Of a stretch of DNA of 64,000 nt, positions 1 to 8,378 are shown one piece after another (position 1 is the stretch's first letter; each line of letters starts with the position of its first letter). The stretch is from a virus (Duplodnaviria; Caudoviricetes). The DNA lies in IMG/VR virus record IMGVR_UViG_3300032116_000009. One strand, 5' to 3'. The notes beneath the pieces were generated by a model, which was not told the DNA's origin, did not search any database, and saw nothing but the letters and a program-made list of their open reading frames with translations. The translations under genes and the position numbers were made by a program.

Positions 1-20
1 TTATGTTCTTATCTAAATCT

Positions 21-28
21 TATTTATA
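21..28 (-). promoter_or_regulatory. T4-type late promoter TATAAATA
   Basis: Plus-strand tatttata at 21-28 reads TATAAATA on the minus strand, directly after a terminator. Confidence 0.7.
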
Positions 29-56
29 AAAAAATAGACCCTAGTTTTTAGGGCCT
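28..56 (-). terminator. Rho-independent terminator
   Basis: Minus strand reads AGGCCCUA-AAAAC-UAGGGUCU-A-UUUUUUU, overlapping the stop of ORF 41..205. Confidence 0.7.
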
Positions 57-205
57 TTGTTAAGAACTGTTCTCAAAAACAATTGAACAAAATCTAAAAT
101 TCCATTTGCCTCAGTTCTTTTTGTTTTGGATAACCATTCAGATATAGATAAGAGCAATCCAAGAAAAATGGTAACTCCCCAATTAGTTACTAAACAAGTA
201 ATCAT
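41..205 (-). CDS. Small membrane protein (54 aa, holin-like candidate), below the ORF-track cutoff
   Basis: Hand translation MITCLVTNWGVTIFLGLLLSISEWLSKTKRTEANGILDFVQLFLRTVLNKGPKN. Its ATG overlaps the upstream TGA (ATGA). One hydrophobic segment. Confidence 0.65.
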   Translation of the reverse strand: MITCLVTNWGVTIFLGLLLSISEWLSKTKRTEANGILDFVQLFLRTVLNKGPKN

Positions 206-384
206 GCTTCAGTCTCTTCCGGTTTGAAGAGAAGAATTTTGACTGTCTGTAGAATTTGATCATCAATACTGTTATCTGTTGATTTCACATATTTTTCAAG
301 AAGAGAAATAACGAGATTTTTAACTGCTGGATGTGTAGCGATTTGTAGAAGAACTGGTTTTACTACGGCAACAACTGCTCCCAT
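202..384 (-). CDS. Small hypothetical late protein (60 aa)
   Basis: ORF track 202..429. The likely start is MGAVVAVVK at 384 (GAGG RBS), downstream of the late promoter at 410-417. Confidence 0.7.
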   Translation of the reverse strand: MGAVVAVVKPVLLQIATHPAVKNLVISLLEKYVKSTDNSIDDQILQTVKILLFKPEETEA

Positions 385-409
385 GATGACCTCTATGTAT
401 AGGCAGCCG

Positions 410-417
410 TATTTATA
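410..417 (-). promoter_or_regulatory. Late promoter TATAAATA
   Basis: Exact T4 late consensus overlapping the stop codon of ORF 413..1108. Confidence 0.75.
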
Positions 418-1108
418 ATTTTTGTTCAAAAAATTTAGGATCTATTTCTTGCAATTCATCTTTGACTTGAAAAACGACGTTAATCATTTTTCTATCATAT
501 AAAGAATTCCTTGAACTTACAAAATGCCATCCAGAAGGCGTGTGGGGAAGAATGACATTTCTATTTTGAATATATCTACACCTAACAACATCACACATCG
601 TATTATCTTTTTTTAAGTTAGTAATATGAATATTTCCTTCTGAACATGTATCATCTGGATGTTTGAAATAGACCATACTTTGAAATATCTTTTTCTGATC
701 ATCTACATGAACTTCCATTCCATTCTTACCAACAATTTCCTTATCAATGAGAAATATAAAATTGTATTGCACGTCCGAATTACTATTTGAATCCCCGTAA
801 GTGTAGTTTCCAGACTTTATTTTTTCAAAAAGTTTTGGTCTCCATTTCAAAAAAACATCTTCCATGAGATAAAATGTAGACTCAAAATATTTTTTACTAA
901 TGTGATATTCTATAAAAGTTTTCCATTGGACATTAAATTCCATATCACTCAATAAAGAAACTTGATATTGCAATGATTCATTATTGGTATATGGAATCAT
1001 ACTAGATTTAGTTGGAAATGATCTTTCCAACTGTTCATAATTATCACAGTAATCATCATAAACTAGTAGTGGACTTGGAAACTTAATATACTCAACTAGT
1101 TTTGCCAT
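413..1108 (-). CDS. 2OG-Fe(II) oxygenase family protein
   Basis: HxD (VHVDD) plus distal His (GWHFV) and Arg (DRKMIN) in a double-stranded beta-helix pattern. Confidence 0.7.
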   Translation of the reverse strand: MAKLVEYIKFPSPLLVYDDYCDNYEQLERSFPTKSSMIPYTNNESLQYQVSLLSDMEFNVQWKTFIEYHISKKYFESTFYLMEDVFLKWRPKLFEKIKSGNYTYGDSNSNSDVQYNFIFLIDKEIVGKNGMEVHVDDQKKIFQSMVYFKHPDDTCSEGNIHITNLKKDNTMCDVVRCRYIQNRNVILPHTPSGWHFVSSRNSLYDRKMINVVFQVKDELQEIDPKFFEQKL

Positions 1109-1514
1109 TACGTCGTGATTTCAATAAATCAAAATCTTTTGCTTTTGTTCCACCATCATATTCCCATGCATAACCCTCATTAATCATCTGAGTATTTAAA
1201 GAAATTTCTTCTCCATTAATAAACAGATGTCCAATAATTCTACCATATTTTTCTGTAGAATCCGGAAGTTCGGTCTTGATAATAATATCTTTAGCAAATT
1301 CCAATCTATTCTTCAACCAATCTTTTGATTGTAATCCTAGTTTCTTTTCACTCGCATCAGTGGTACGACTTTCAGGAGTATCAATCCCAGCAAGCCGAAT
1401 GCGTTTAGTGAGAGATATGTCAAAACCCAAATCAATATCAGCGTCAATAGTGTCCCCATCGACTACCTTATGGACTGAGCGAATACGGTATATGTATGGA
1501 TCTTTATTTGACAT
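1092..1514 (-). CDS. Staphylococcal nuclease (SNase/thermonuclease)-like protein
   Basis: Motifs VVDGDTID, IRLAGIDTPE and KYGRIIG are typical of the SNase fold. Confidence 0.85.
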   Translation of the reverse strand: MSNKDPYIYRIRSVHKVVDGDTIDADIDLGFDISLTKRIRLAGIDTPESRTTDASEKKLGLQSKDWLKNRLEFAKDIIIKTELPDSTEKYGRIIGHLFINGEEISLNTQMINEGYAWEYDGGTKAKDFDLLKSRRNGKTS

Positions 1515-1726
1515 TAGAAAGGAAACTTAATACTCCCAGTATTTAGTTTGGGAATTGGTAGTTTTTCGAATGCCTTAGTAACTTGTTTTTCTACAACAGC
1601 ACCAACAAACTGTTCTGGATTGTCAAGAATCTTTTGTGCCTTTTGATATGTAATATATGCTCCTACGCCAATTGCGGTACTAATACTCAGACTTGTCAGG
1701 GATAGAATTAGACTTAAATGTTTCAT
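1514..1726 (-). CDS. Small protein with N-terminal hydrophobic segment
   Basis: 70-aa ORF, TAATG-coupled to the nuclease gene; hydrophobic first 27 residues. Confidence 0.65.
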   Translation of the reverse strand: MKHLSLILSLTSLSISTAIGVGAYITYQKAQKILDNPEQFVGAVVEKQVTKAFEKLPIPKLNTGSIKFPF

Positions 1727-1832
1727 CTTTCATTTCCTCATGAGCTAACCGAAGTATATAGTAAATTACATATGCAGTAAAGATAAGTCCAGACCCAAGT
1801 ATAATCAATACACCCCAAGGAAACTCACTCAT
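1680..1832 (-). CDS. Small single-pass membrane protein (50 aa), below the ORF-track cutoff
   Basis: Hand translation MSEFPWGVLIILGSGLIFTAYVIYYILRLAHEEMKDETFKSNSIPDKSEY. ATGA overlap with the stop of ORF 1829..3103; it fills the gap and overlaps ORF 1514..1726 by 47 nt. Confidence 0.6.
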   Translation of the reverse strand: MSEFPWGVLIILGSGLIFTAYVIYYILRLAHEEMKDETFKSNSIPDKSEY

Positions 1833-3103
1833 CTCTGTTCCAACCAGTTCATAATTGCAAGTGCTGCTTTGTTAGCGTTAGGTGAGGCACATACGAGAGT
1901 GTAAATATCACTAATTGTTCCAATACCACTTCTACCAACTTGTAGTTGTGCTTTGTCATCAATGACTATCTGACTTCCACCACCACCAACAACAAATCCA
2001 CTTAAAAGAACTCTTCCACCAGTGAAAGAAGTTGCAGTTGTATCATATTGAGTAATTGCATCTGGGTTTGCGTGATCAGTAAATGCTGCACCGACTAGAG
2101 TTGGGTTCTCAACTAGTCTCCAGAAGATGTTAGTATTATCATTAGTAGATACTTGAAGTGACCTTGGAATTACAACACCACTCAACATATTTGATTTAAG
2201 ACGAATACTAAGAACTGGATAATAAGTATTCGCAACAGACATCGTAGTTCCAGTAAGAGCATTGCCCTGACTGACAAGAGTTCCAAGTTTTTCTGGTTCT
2301 CCTTCCTGAATAAGAGAATTAGAACCCTGATAAAGGTAATGAGTTCCTGCAACACCAGTTACATTTTCAATTTCACAACGAATTGGTAGGAATGGAGTAG
2401 AACACCAAACATATGGATTGGTATTTGAGTTATCAAATGTATGACTATGAATTGTTTCATTCTTCATTAACCAATTAAACTGAACAATTCCTGCACCATA
2501 CCATTCATAGTTAATTGAAATCATTTGTTGTTTTGTTGGATCTGCAACAACACCTGTATATCCATCACCACCAAACTTTTCACCATTCCAATTATCTCTG
2601 GTTACTCTAGTTTCTGTAGTAATTCCAGATGTACTACTGCGAATTACATATGAATATGTTCCACCATCGTCCTCAAAGTATGCACCGTTATAGTCATCAA
2701 ACAGTCCAAATCTTCTGCGAATTCCTACCTTTGGTTCTTCAAGACGAATAGCAAATGCAAGAGTTGCACCCCTACCAGGAATGTATCTCATTACAGTCCT
2801 AGTTTGACGAATGACTTTACTCCCTGCAGTAGATCCAACTTGCATCACTACATTACTGGATGATGCGTTGTGATATGCAGTTCCAACTCCAACTATTCTT
2901 TCATCCCATACATCACTCTCTTTTCCGTACTGGAAAGTATTAAAGAAGACTGTTTGGTACGGAGCAACTTTAAGTCTGTTGTTATTAGAAAACTGAGGTC
3001 TCCAGTCTGTCTGGTTTCCCCAGTGATCTGCAATATTAAAAACTTCAAAGAGACTTCTCTCTTGATTTAGATAGTCCTGTTCATTCTTATTCCACTGAGC
3101 CAT
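1829..3103 (-). CDS. Conserved phage hypothetical protein, beta-rich, probable virion component
   Basis: 424-aa ORF, G/S/T/V-rich with beta-strand patterns, in a late operon. Confidence 0.6.
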   Translation of the reverse strand: MAQWNKNEQDYLNQERSLFEVFNIADHWGNQTDWRPQFSNNNRLKVAPYQTVFFNTFQYGKESDVWDERIVGVGTAYHNASSSNVVMQVGSTAGSKVIRQTRTVMRYIPGRGATLAFAIRLEEPKVGIRRRFGLFDDYNGAYFEDDGGTYSYVIRSSTSGITTETRVTRDNWNGEKFGGDGYTGVVADPTKQQMISINYEWYGAGIVQFNWLMKNETIHSHTFDNSNTNPYVWCSTPFLPIRCEIENVTGVAGTHYLYQGSNSLIQEGEPEKLGTLVSQGNALTGTTMSVANTYYPVLSIRLKSNMLSGVVIPRSLQVSTNDNTNIFWRLVENPTLVGAAFTDHANPDAITQYDTTATSFTGGRVLLSGFVVGGGGSQIVIDDKAQLQVGRSGIGTISDIYTLVCASPNANKAALAIMNWLEQR

Positions 3104-3420
3104 TATTCACTCCAAGATAGTCTTTCTGGTTGATACCTCTGAGTATTCTTAATTTTTAAAGAACTTTGAGATTGTGATGGATAAATGTTATGAACGATTG
3201 CTCCAGGATACTCACTCTGAAGTTGTTCAGCGAGAGCGTTCTTATCCATCATAGAACCCTCTACTTCCAAACGATACATCTTTCCTTCCCAAACTACATC
3301 AGCAAAGAAAGACTCTCCTACTGGTTCTGATTGTGGTTCGGAACCATTGATATAAAGGTTTCCGTTGAAGTCACCAGCAATGTTAATTGCTTCCGATAAA
3401 AATTGATTGAATGATTTCAT
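3103..3420 (-). CDS. Hypothetical protein with MKSFNQFLSE-A leader (putative head-internal protein)
   Basis: 105-aa ORF with TAATG coupling; the N-terminal motif is shared with other ORFs in the window. Confidence 0.75.
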   Translation of the reverse strand: MKSFNQFLSEAINIAGDFNGNLYINGSEPQSEPVGESFFADVVWEGKMYRLEVEGSMMDKNALAEQLQSEYPGAIVHNIYPSQSQSSLKIKNTQRYQPERLSWSE

Positions 3421-5756
3421 TAGTTACAGTTCCAACGACGAAGGGCTTTGTTGATTCTTGAATCTGGATCTCGTGCAGTTTCTGCACTAGTTAGTCTCTT
3501 TTTCATACCTTCCATTCTGCGGCAAAAGGACTTACGGCGTTCAGCCCTTTTGCCCGCAGGCTTTTTTTCAGTTACTGCAGTCTGAAGTTTTGAACCTGGA
3601 TTTTCACGACGATAAGCATCTACAGCTTTCTGACTGAGACCATCGGTTTTATCTTTACGATTAACTGACTGCCAATCTTCCTTAACTCCAATCATCACAA
3701 TCGGATTTCTAACTCCAGCGGATCTCATCTTAGTTTTTGTTAGATTTACTTTAGTTGGTAAATCTCTCATATCCTTTTTTGGAGTTTCATTCTCTTTTTC
3801 GTCACATCCACAACCTTCACTCATGTTTGGATTGATTTGAATTTTATTTTTCTTTTTAGAAACATCAATTACTTTTTTTTTATCCGTTGCAGAGGAAAAA
3901 TCTTCTACTTCAAATAAAAAATCTTTTCTCCAATCATGGAGTTCTTCTTTTGTGACTTCTTTTTTATTTTGTTTGTTTAGTTCTCTTTTTGTCTTTGCAA
4001 TTTTAAATGCAGCTGCGCCCAATTGAACTCCACCTTTAACCATCTTACCAATATTACTTGCAACTTTAGTTGCAGCTGCACCTTCGGTATCTTTAGTAGA
4101 TATTTTTTGATATTCTGGTCTATCTACAGATTTTTTGGATGATTCAATTTTTTGTTCTAGTTCTCTTTTTCTATTTTTTTCTGCTTCCTTTTTCTTTTTT
4201 TCTAGAGCCTCAGCTTTTTTCTGAGCTCTCATTTTATCTTCCCTTTTAGTTCTTTCTTTTCTAGCTTCAGCTTTAGAAGCGGCCTTTTCTCTTTCAGTTT
4301 GTTGAAGAATTTTTGCAGCTTTTACTCTCGTGGCACCCCTAACTCTCTCAGCTCTTTCTACCCCAGTAACTTTTCGTTTACCTTTTTCTGGTTCTTCCTC
4401 AGTTTCTTTAGGCTTTTTTGATTTTTTATTGTCATCGTCTCCACGAATATCCGCAAGAAGATCGTCAAGTTTACCTTCACTTAATGGAGAAAATTCTAGG
4501 ATCATTCTATCAACTAAAGATAACTCTTCTTTAGTCTCCTCCTTTTTTTCAGGGAGTCCTGCATGTTTTGTCTTTGCAAAATCTCTTGCAGATTTCTTAG
4601 TCATTCCCTCTGCAGCCTTTGCAACCTCTGGAGAAGCAGGAGTTTCACCTTTCTTAGCAGCATAAACCATACCCATGAATCTCTGTTGAGCTCTACTTAG
4701 AGACTTCTCTGTAAGATATCCCTCACCCATTGCCTTCTGTTTACGAAGTTTCTTAGGATTCTTTGTCTTGTCTGCAGAGTAGTTATTATCATCCTCATTA
4801 TCAGGATCTACAGCACTACGATGTCTTGTGCGTCTTTCCTCATCATCCATGTTTGCACGACTTCTCTTTGCTTCATCTGGAGAATACTTTCTACCACTGT
4901 TGTACCATTCCTTACCTACATGACCTCTCTTCTCAGCATCAGCAGAAGCTTCTCTACGCTTATTCTTCTGACGATTTGCTTTGAAATCTTTCATGGTCAT
5001 ACCTTCTTCGATTTCAGTCTCTTCTTTTTTCACTCCTCTTCTCTCTTCATGTTCAGCTCTACGAGCCCTTTGTTGACCTCCACCTAATGCAAGGGCACCA
5101 CTTGGATTGTCATATCTTGCAAGTCTTGCTGCAGATCTCTTATGTTCTGGAAGTTTCTTATCTGCCTTACCTTCATCAACAAGGTCGCCTTCGGGTTCAT
5201 AAGATTGACGAAGTTGTTTCATTGCATCGTTAAGTGCATTGTTACGTTTTTGCATTCCATATGCAGCACCAGCAATACCTGTTCCAGGATTTTTAATCTG
5301 TTTTCCTTTATTTGCAGCATCTACTCCAGATTTCGCAGCATCTTTAGCTCTCTTAATTGCAGCACCAGCAGCAAGAGCTCCACCAAGAGCAAGTCCGCCA
5401 GCAATTAGTGGTGCAATCTCATCAATCTGTTCTACTTCTTCTTTCGCTTGAATAATCTTACTTCTTACCTTTCTGCGATTTAAAAGATATTTGTCAGTCT
5501 TATCATGATCTCCATCATTATCAATATCCTTATCTTCTTGACCAACAGCATCCAGTTGTTTCGCTTCTTCTACTTTCTTCTTCTTGTCTGCAGCAATGGC
5601 AGCTCCAACAGTAGCTCTCCTCTTCTTAAGATAACTATCAGAACTATCGGAATCACCATCATTATCCACATCGTCATCTTCATGACCAACTGGATCCAGT
5701 TTTTTAGCTGTTTTAGCTTCTGCAACAATACGTGAAAATTTTTCCCAACTAGACAT
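3420..5756 (-). CDS. Modular, highly charged late protein (putative head-internal polyprotein)
   Basis: 778-aa ORF with repeated DxDNDGD modules, a TKNPKKLRKQKAMGE module and a C-terminal SFCRRM...RWNCN module; late promoter upstream. Confidence 0.8.
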   Translation of the reverse strand: MSSWEKFSRIVAEAKTAKKLDPVGHEDDDVDNDGDSDSSDSYLKKRRATVGAAIAADKKKKVEEAKQLDAVGQEDKDIDNDGDHDKTDKYLLNRRKVRSKIIQAKEEVEQIDEIAPLIAGGLALGGALAAGAAIKRAKDAAKSGVDAANKGKQIKNPGTGIAGAAYGMQKRNNALNDAMKQLRQSYEPEGDLVDEGKADKKLPEHKRSAARLARYDNPSGALALGGGQQRARRAEHEERRGVKKEETEIEEGMTMKDFKANRQKNKRREASADAEKRGHVGKEWYNSGRKYSPDEAKRSRANMDDEERRTRHRSAVDPDNEDDNNYSADKTKNPKKLRKQKAMGEGYLTEKSLSRAQQRFMGMVYAAKKGETPASPEVAKAAEGMTKKSARDFAKTKHAGLPEKKEETKEELSLVDRMILEFSPLSEGKLDDLLADIRGDDDNKKSKKPKETEEEPEKGKRKVTGVERAERVRGATRVKAAKILQQTEREKAASKAEARKERTKREDKMRAQKKAEALEKKKKEAEKNRKRELEQKIESSKKSVDRPEYQKISTKDTEGAAATKVASNIGKMVKGGVQLGAAAFKIAKTKRELNKQNKKEVTKEELHDWRKDFLFEVEDFSSATDKKKVIDVSKKKNKIQINPNMSEGCGCDEKENETPKKDMRDLPTKVNLTKTKMRSAGVRNPIVMIGVKEDWQSVNRKDKTDGLSQKAVDAYRRENPGSKLQTAVTEKKPAGKRAERRKSFCRRMEGMKKRLTSAETARDPDSRINKALRRWNCN

Positions 5757-5781
5757 TTATCTGTAAAAAATACTGCTAGTT

Positions 5782-7044
5782 TTATTTATTCTTTTTGCCT
5801 CTACGAAACTTATCGTAAATAGATGCAATCTTAACACCGGTATAACTTTTAACTTCTTGTCCTGGAGTTAATGATTGGAGATACTCCCTATATTCATCTG
5901 TACCGATTTCATGGGGGTGTTCAGTGAGATCTTTTAACCAAGACTTGAACATAACTCCGTCTTCAGTTACACAAATGACATAGTTAGTTCCTCTACGAAT
6001 TACTTCACCTCTAAGGCCTGTATTCATATTTTCAACGATAGATCCAACTTCATAGATGTGATCAACTAGGTATGCATCTCTAAGACCCTCTTCATCAAAT
6101 TTAGGTGCAACTTCCCAAATTTCCGTCTGTTCATTAATTCCCATAGATCTACGAAGAACATTAAAAAGTTCCATCTTTTCAGTGTTACCCAGAGTATCAG
6201 GAACACCTTTCGCAAACTTTTTAAAGTCACCTTCTGCTGCAGCAAGACGAAGTTTTGAAGCAGACATTCCTGTTACATCATCAGAGTCTGGATCTCTTTC
6301 TCCTGCAGAAACTACTTCAAGTTGATCATAATTATAAAGTTCCCCATTATACTTATGACTCAAACCTTGAAACTCTCCGAGTCGGTCTTGGCCCACCATG
6401 ATGATCATATTATTATGACCTTCTTGATTTGCACCCGTCAATACATTAAAGATTGTTTTTGCTCCCTTGTCGTCAATAATACTATCTGCATAATCTGGGA
6501 ACATCTGACGCATATATGAAATCTTCATTTGTGGAGTCAAAGGATTTTTCTTAGCATCATGAGAACGAGAAGGATAAACTCTCAATTCATATCCTCTCTT
6601 ATCAGCTTCCTTTGCAGCACGATCTAAAAGTTTTTGATGACCAATTGTTGGTGGATTAAATCTACCAAACACCACAACAACTCCTGGAGTTTCTGGAACT
6701 GGTACTTCTGCAGGTTGTTCTTCTGTCGCTGGTGCAGATTGTTGTTCTGGTGAAACTTGTTGAGAATTTTGTGTCTGTTGTGGGGAGGGTTCTTGAACAA
6801 CAGACTGAGTTGCAGTCTGTTTAGATGAGATTGATTTAGTACTTGGTTGAGATGGGGAATCTTTTTGTCCTGGAATATTATCACTACCAAAGAACTTTAA
6901 TTTACCAGCCACAGTTTTTGCAACAAACTCACCATTTTTGTCATACCATCCGCCATGACCATCTCCGGTCAAACCAAGTCTCTTGGCTTCTGTAGATGCA
7001 GAAGTTTCTCTAGCTTCAGTGAGGAACTGCGTGAAATTCTTCAT
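5782..7044 (-). CDS. Cytidyltransferase-like (HIGH-superfamily nucleotidyltransferase) phage protein
   Basis: Motif VVFGRFNPPTIGHQKLL (HIGH-like), plus VGQDR and MSASKLR (KMSKS-like); N-terminal MKNFTQFLTE-A leader. Confidence 0.85.
   Translation of the reverse strand: MKNFTQFLTEARETSASTEAKRLGLTGDGHGGWYDKNGEFVAKTVAGKLKFFGSDNIPGQKDSPSQPSTKSISSKQTATQSVVQEPSPQQTQNSQQVSPEQQSAPATEEQPAEVPVPETPGVVVVFGRFNPPTIGHQKLLDRAAKEADKRGYELRVYPSRSHDAKKNPLTPQMKISYMRQMFPDYADSIIDDKGAKTIFNVLTGANQEGHNNMIIMVGQDRLGEFQGLSHKYNGELYNYDQLEVVSAGERDPDSDDVTGMSASKLRLAAAEGDFKKFAKGVPDTLGNTEKMELFNVLRRSMGINEQTEIWEVAPKFDEEGLRDAYLVDHIYEVGSIVENMNTGLRGEVIRRGTNYVICVTEDGVMFKSWLKDLTEHPHEIGTDEYREYLQSLTPGQEVKSYTGVKIASIYDKFRRGKKNK
5783..5790 (-). 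promoter_or_regulatory. Late promoter AATAAATA
   Basis: tatttatt on the plus strand, 27 nt upstream of the ATG at 5756. Confidence 0.65.
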
Positions 7045-7078
7045 TATTAATTGAGTTAGGATTCCTTAACCATAAAGG

Positions 7079-7086
7079 TATTTATT
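7079..7086 (-). promoter_or_regulatory. Late promoter AATAAATA
   Basis: tatttatt overlapping the stop of ORF 7085..8155. Confidence 0.6.
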
Positions 7087-8155
7087 ATTTTTCCTTCGGT
7101 GCATAGGCCGCAGGACCGGCTTCAACATAGAATTTTAATTCTTTAATTTGAAAATCTTCCCCACTTCCTGCAACTCTTTTTTTAAATCTTAATTGAAACA
7201 ATTCCTTGTTTAATGGCTTAATAATAAATTTTAAATTATCTCCACTTTTTTGTACATCTATTGAGGATGTTTTTTGTTGAAGTTCATTTATATAATCAAC
7301 AGTAATTTCTTTTATTTTTGTTTTGTCAATATCAACAACATTAGCTAAATCCGAACCAAAAGTCATAGATTTAAATAGTTCAAAAGCCTGATCCTTAAAA
7401 GTAGAATTCCTAGAAGCATCTTCAAGAGATTCTAATGTCTCTTTATACAATTCTTTAATAGTGTCTACTTTTAATTTCTTTTCTAAAGGGGTTCTTGCTT
7501 GTGCAAGTTGTTCTCCTAATATTTTTCTATATTTTGTTTCATTTGGAAGTGAGACTCCGAATCTTTTTACAATGTCCATCATCCCATTAAAAGGACTAAG
7601 ATTAGCCAAAGTTTTACTTCCAGACTTTAAAGAAAAACTCAATGTTCTATCAAGTTGTTTCTTACCATTCATAGTTACGGAAACTTCCAAATCTCCCTTT
7701 ATATCTCCACCAGAAGATTCTCCAGCAATACCGTCAGCATTAATAACAATATCAACAGTATCAGATTTATTATTTTTAAGATAACTATCCTTAGTTCTTT
7801 TTATCAGATCTTGATAATGTGTTTTGGTAAAAGTAATTAAATTATCTATTTTTCTATCAATATTTCCTACATCTGAACTTTTTTCATAGAGTGGTGCATA
7901 GTTGGGTCCAAATGCCATATTCGTTGATTCATATTTTAATCTAATAATCAATGTAACTTTAATTTGATCCTGAGGACGACCATCTTTAAATTCTCTTACT
8001 ACTATTTCAGATCTACCATTCTTAAAAATACCAGGATCTATTTGTCTTCTCCACCTATTAACATTCGATTTATTAATCGTACCATTTGCAAACAATTCGG
8101 CAAGACAGATGGCAAATACGCCCTCCATCACATCTCCTTCATTTAATTTTGCCAT
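7085..8155 (-). CDS. Hypothetical protein, possible PD-(D/E)xK nuclease
   Basis: 356-aa Lys-rich ORF with the pattern NEGDVMEG...KGDLEV...FSLKSG. The ORF is certain; the nuclease call is inference. Confidence 0.55.
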   Translation of the reverse strand: MAKLNEGDVMEGVFAICLAELFANGTINKSNVNRWRRQIDPGIFKNGRSEIVVREFKDGRPQDQIKVTLIIRLKYESTNMAFGPNYAPLYEKSSDVGNIDRKIDNLITFTKTHYQDLIKRTKDSYLKNNKSDTVDIVINADGIAGESSGGDIKGDLEVSVTMNGKKQLDRTLSFSLKSGSKTLANLSPFNGMMDIVKRFGVSLPNETKYRKILGEQLAQARTPLEKKLKVDTIKELYKETLESLEDASRNSTFKDQAFELFKSMTFGSDLANVVDIDKTKIKEITVDYINELQQKTSSIDVQKSGDNLKFIIKPLNKELFQLRFKKRVAGSGEDFQIKELKFYVEAGPAAYAPKEK

Positions 8156-8162
8156 AGGTACT

Positions 8163-8193
8163 AAAAAACCCTTCCAAATATTTATGGAAGGGT
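8163..8193 (-). terminator. Terminator hairpin with a late promoter (ATAAATA) in its loop
   Basis: Minus strand reads ACCCUUCCA-UAAAUAUU-UGGAAGGGU-UUUUU. Confidence 0.75.
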
Positions 8194-8198
8194 AATAA

Positions 8199-8378
8199 TT
8201 ATTTTTTACTCACTGCAGATTCCATCGCCGAATCTAAGTTAGTAATTACTTCACGAAGATTAAAGATCCTTTCTGGAATTGCATGACCATTAGTATAACC
8301 TTTTTGAGCATCAACAAGAGACATCAAAACTATTCCCGCTTCCTCAAGACTCATTTCAAGAACTACTTTAGTACTCAC
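8199..8378 (-). CDS. Small hypothetical protein (59 aa), below the ORF-track cutoff
   Basis: GTG start overlapping the mazG stop (GTGA); translates as MSTKVVLEMSLEEAGIVLMSLVDAQKGYTNGHAIPERIFNLREVITNLDSAMESAVSKK. Confidence 0.6.
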   Translation of the reverse strand: MSTKVVLEMSLEEAGIVLMSLVDAQKGYTNGHAIPERIFNLREVITNLDSAMESAVSKK

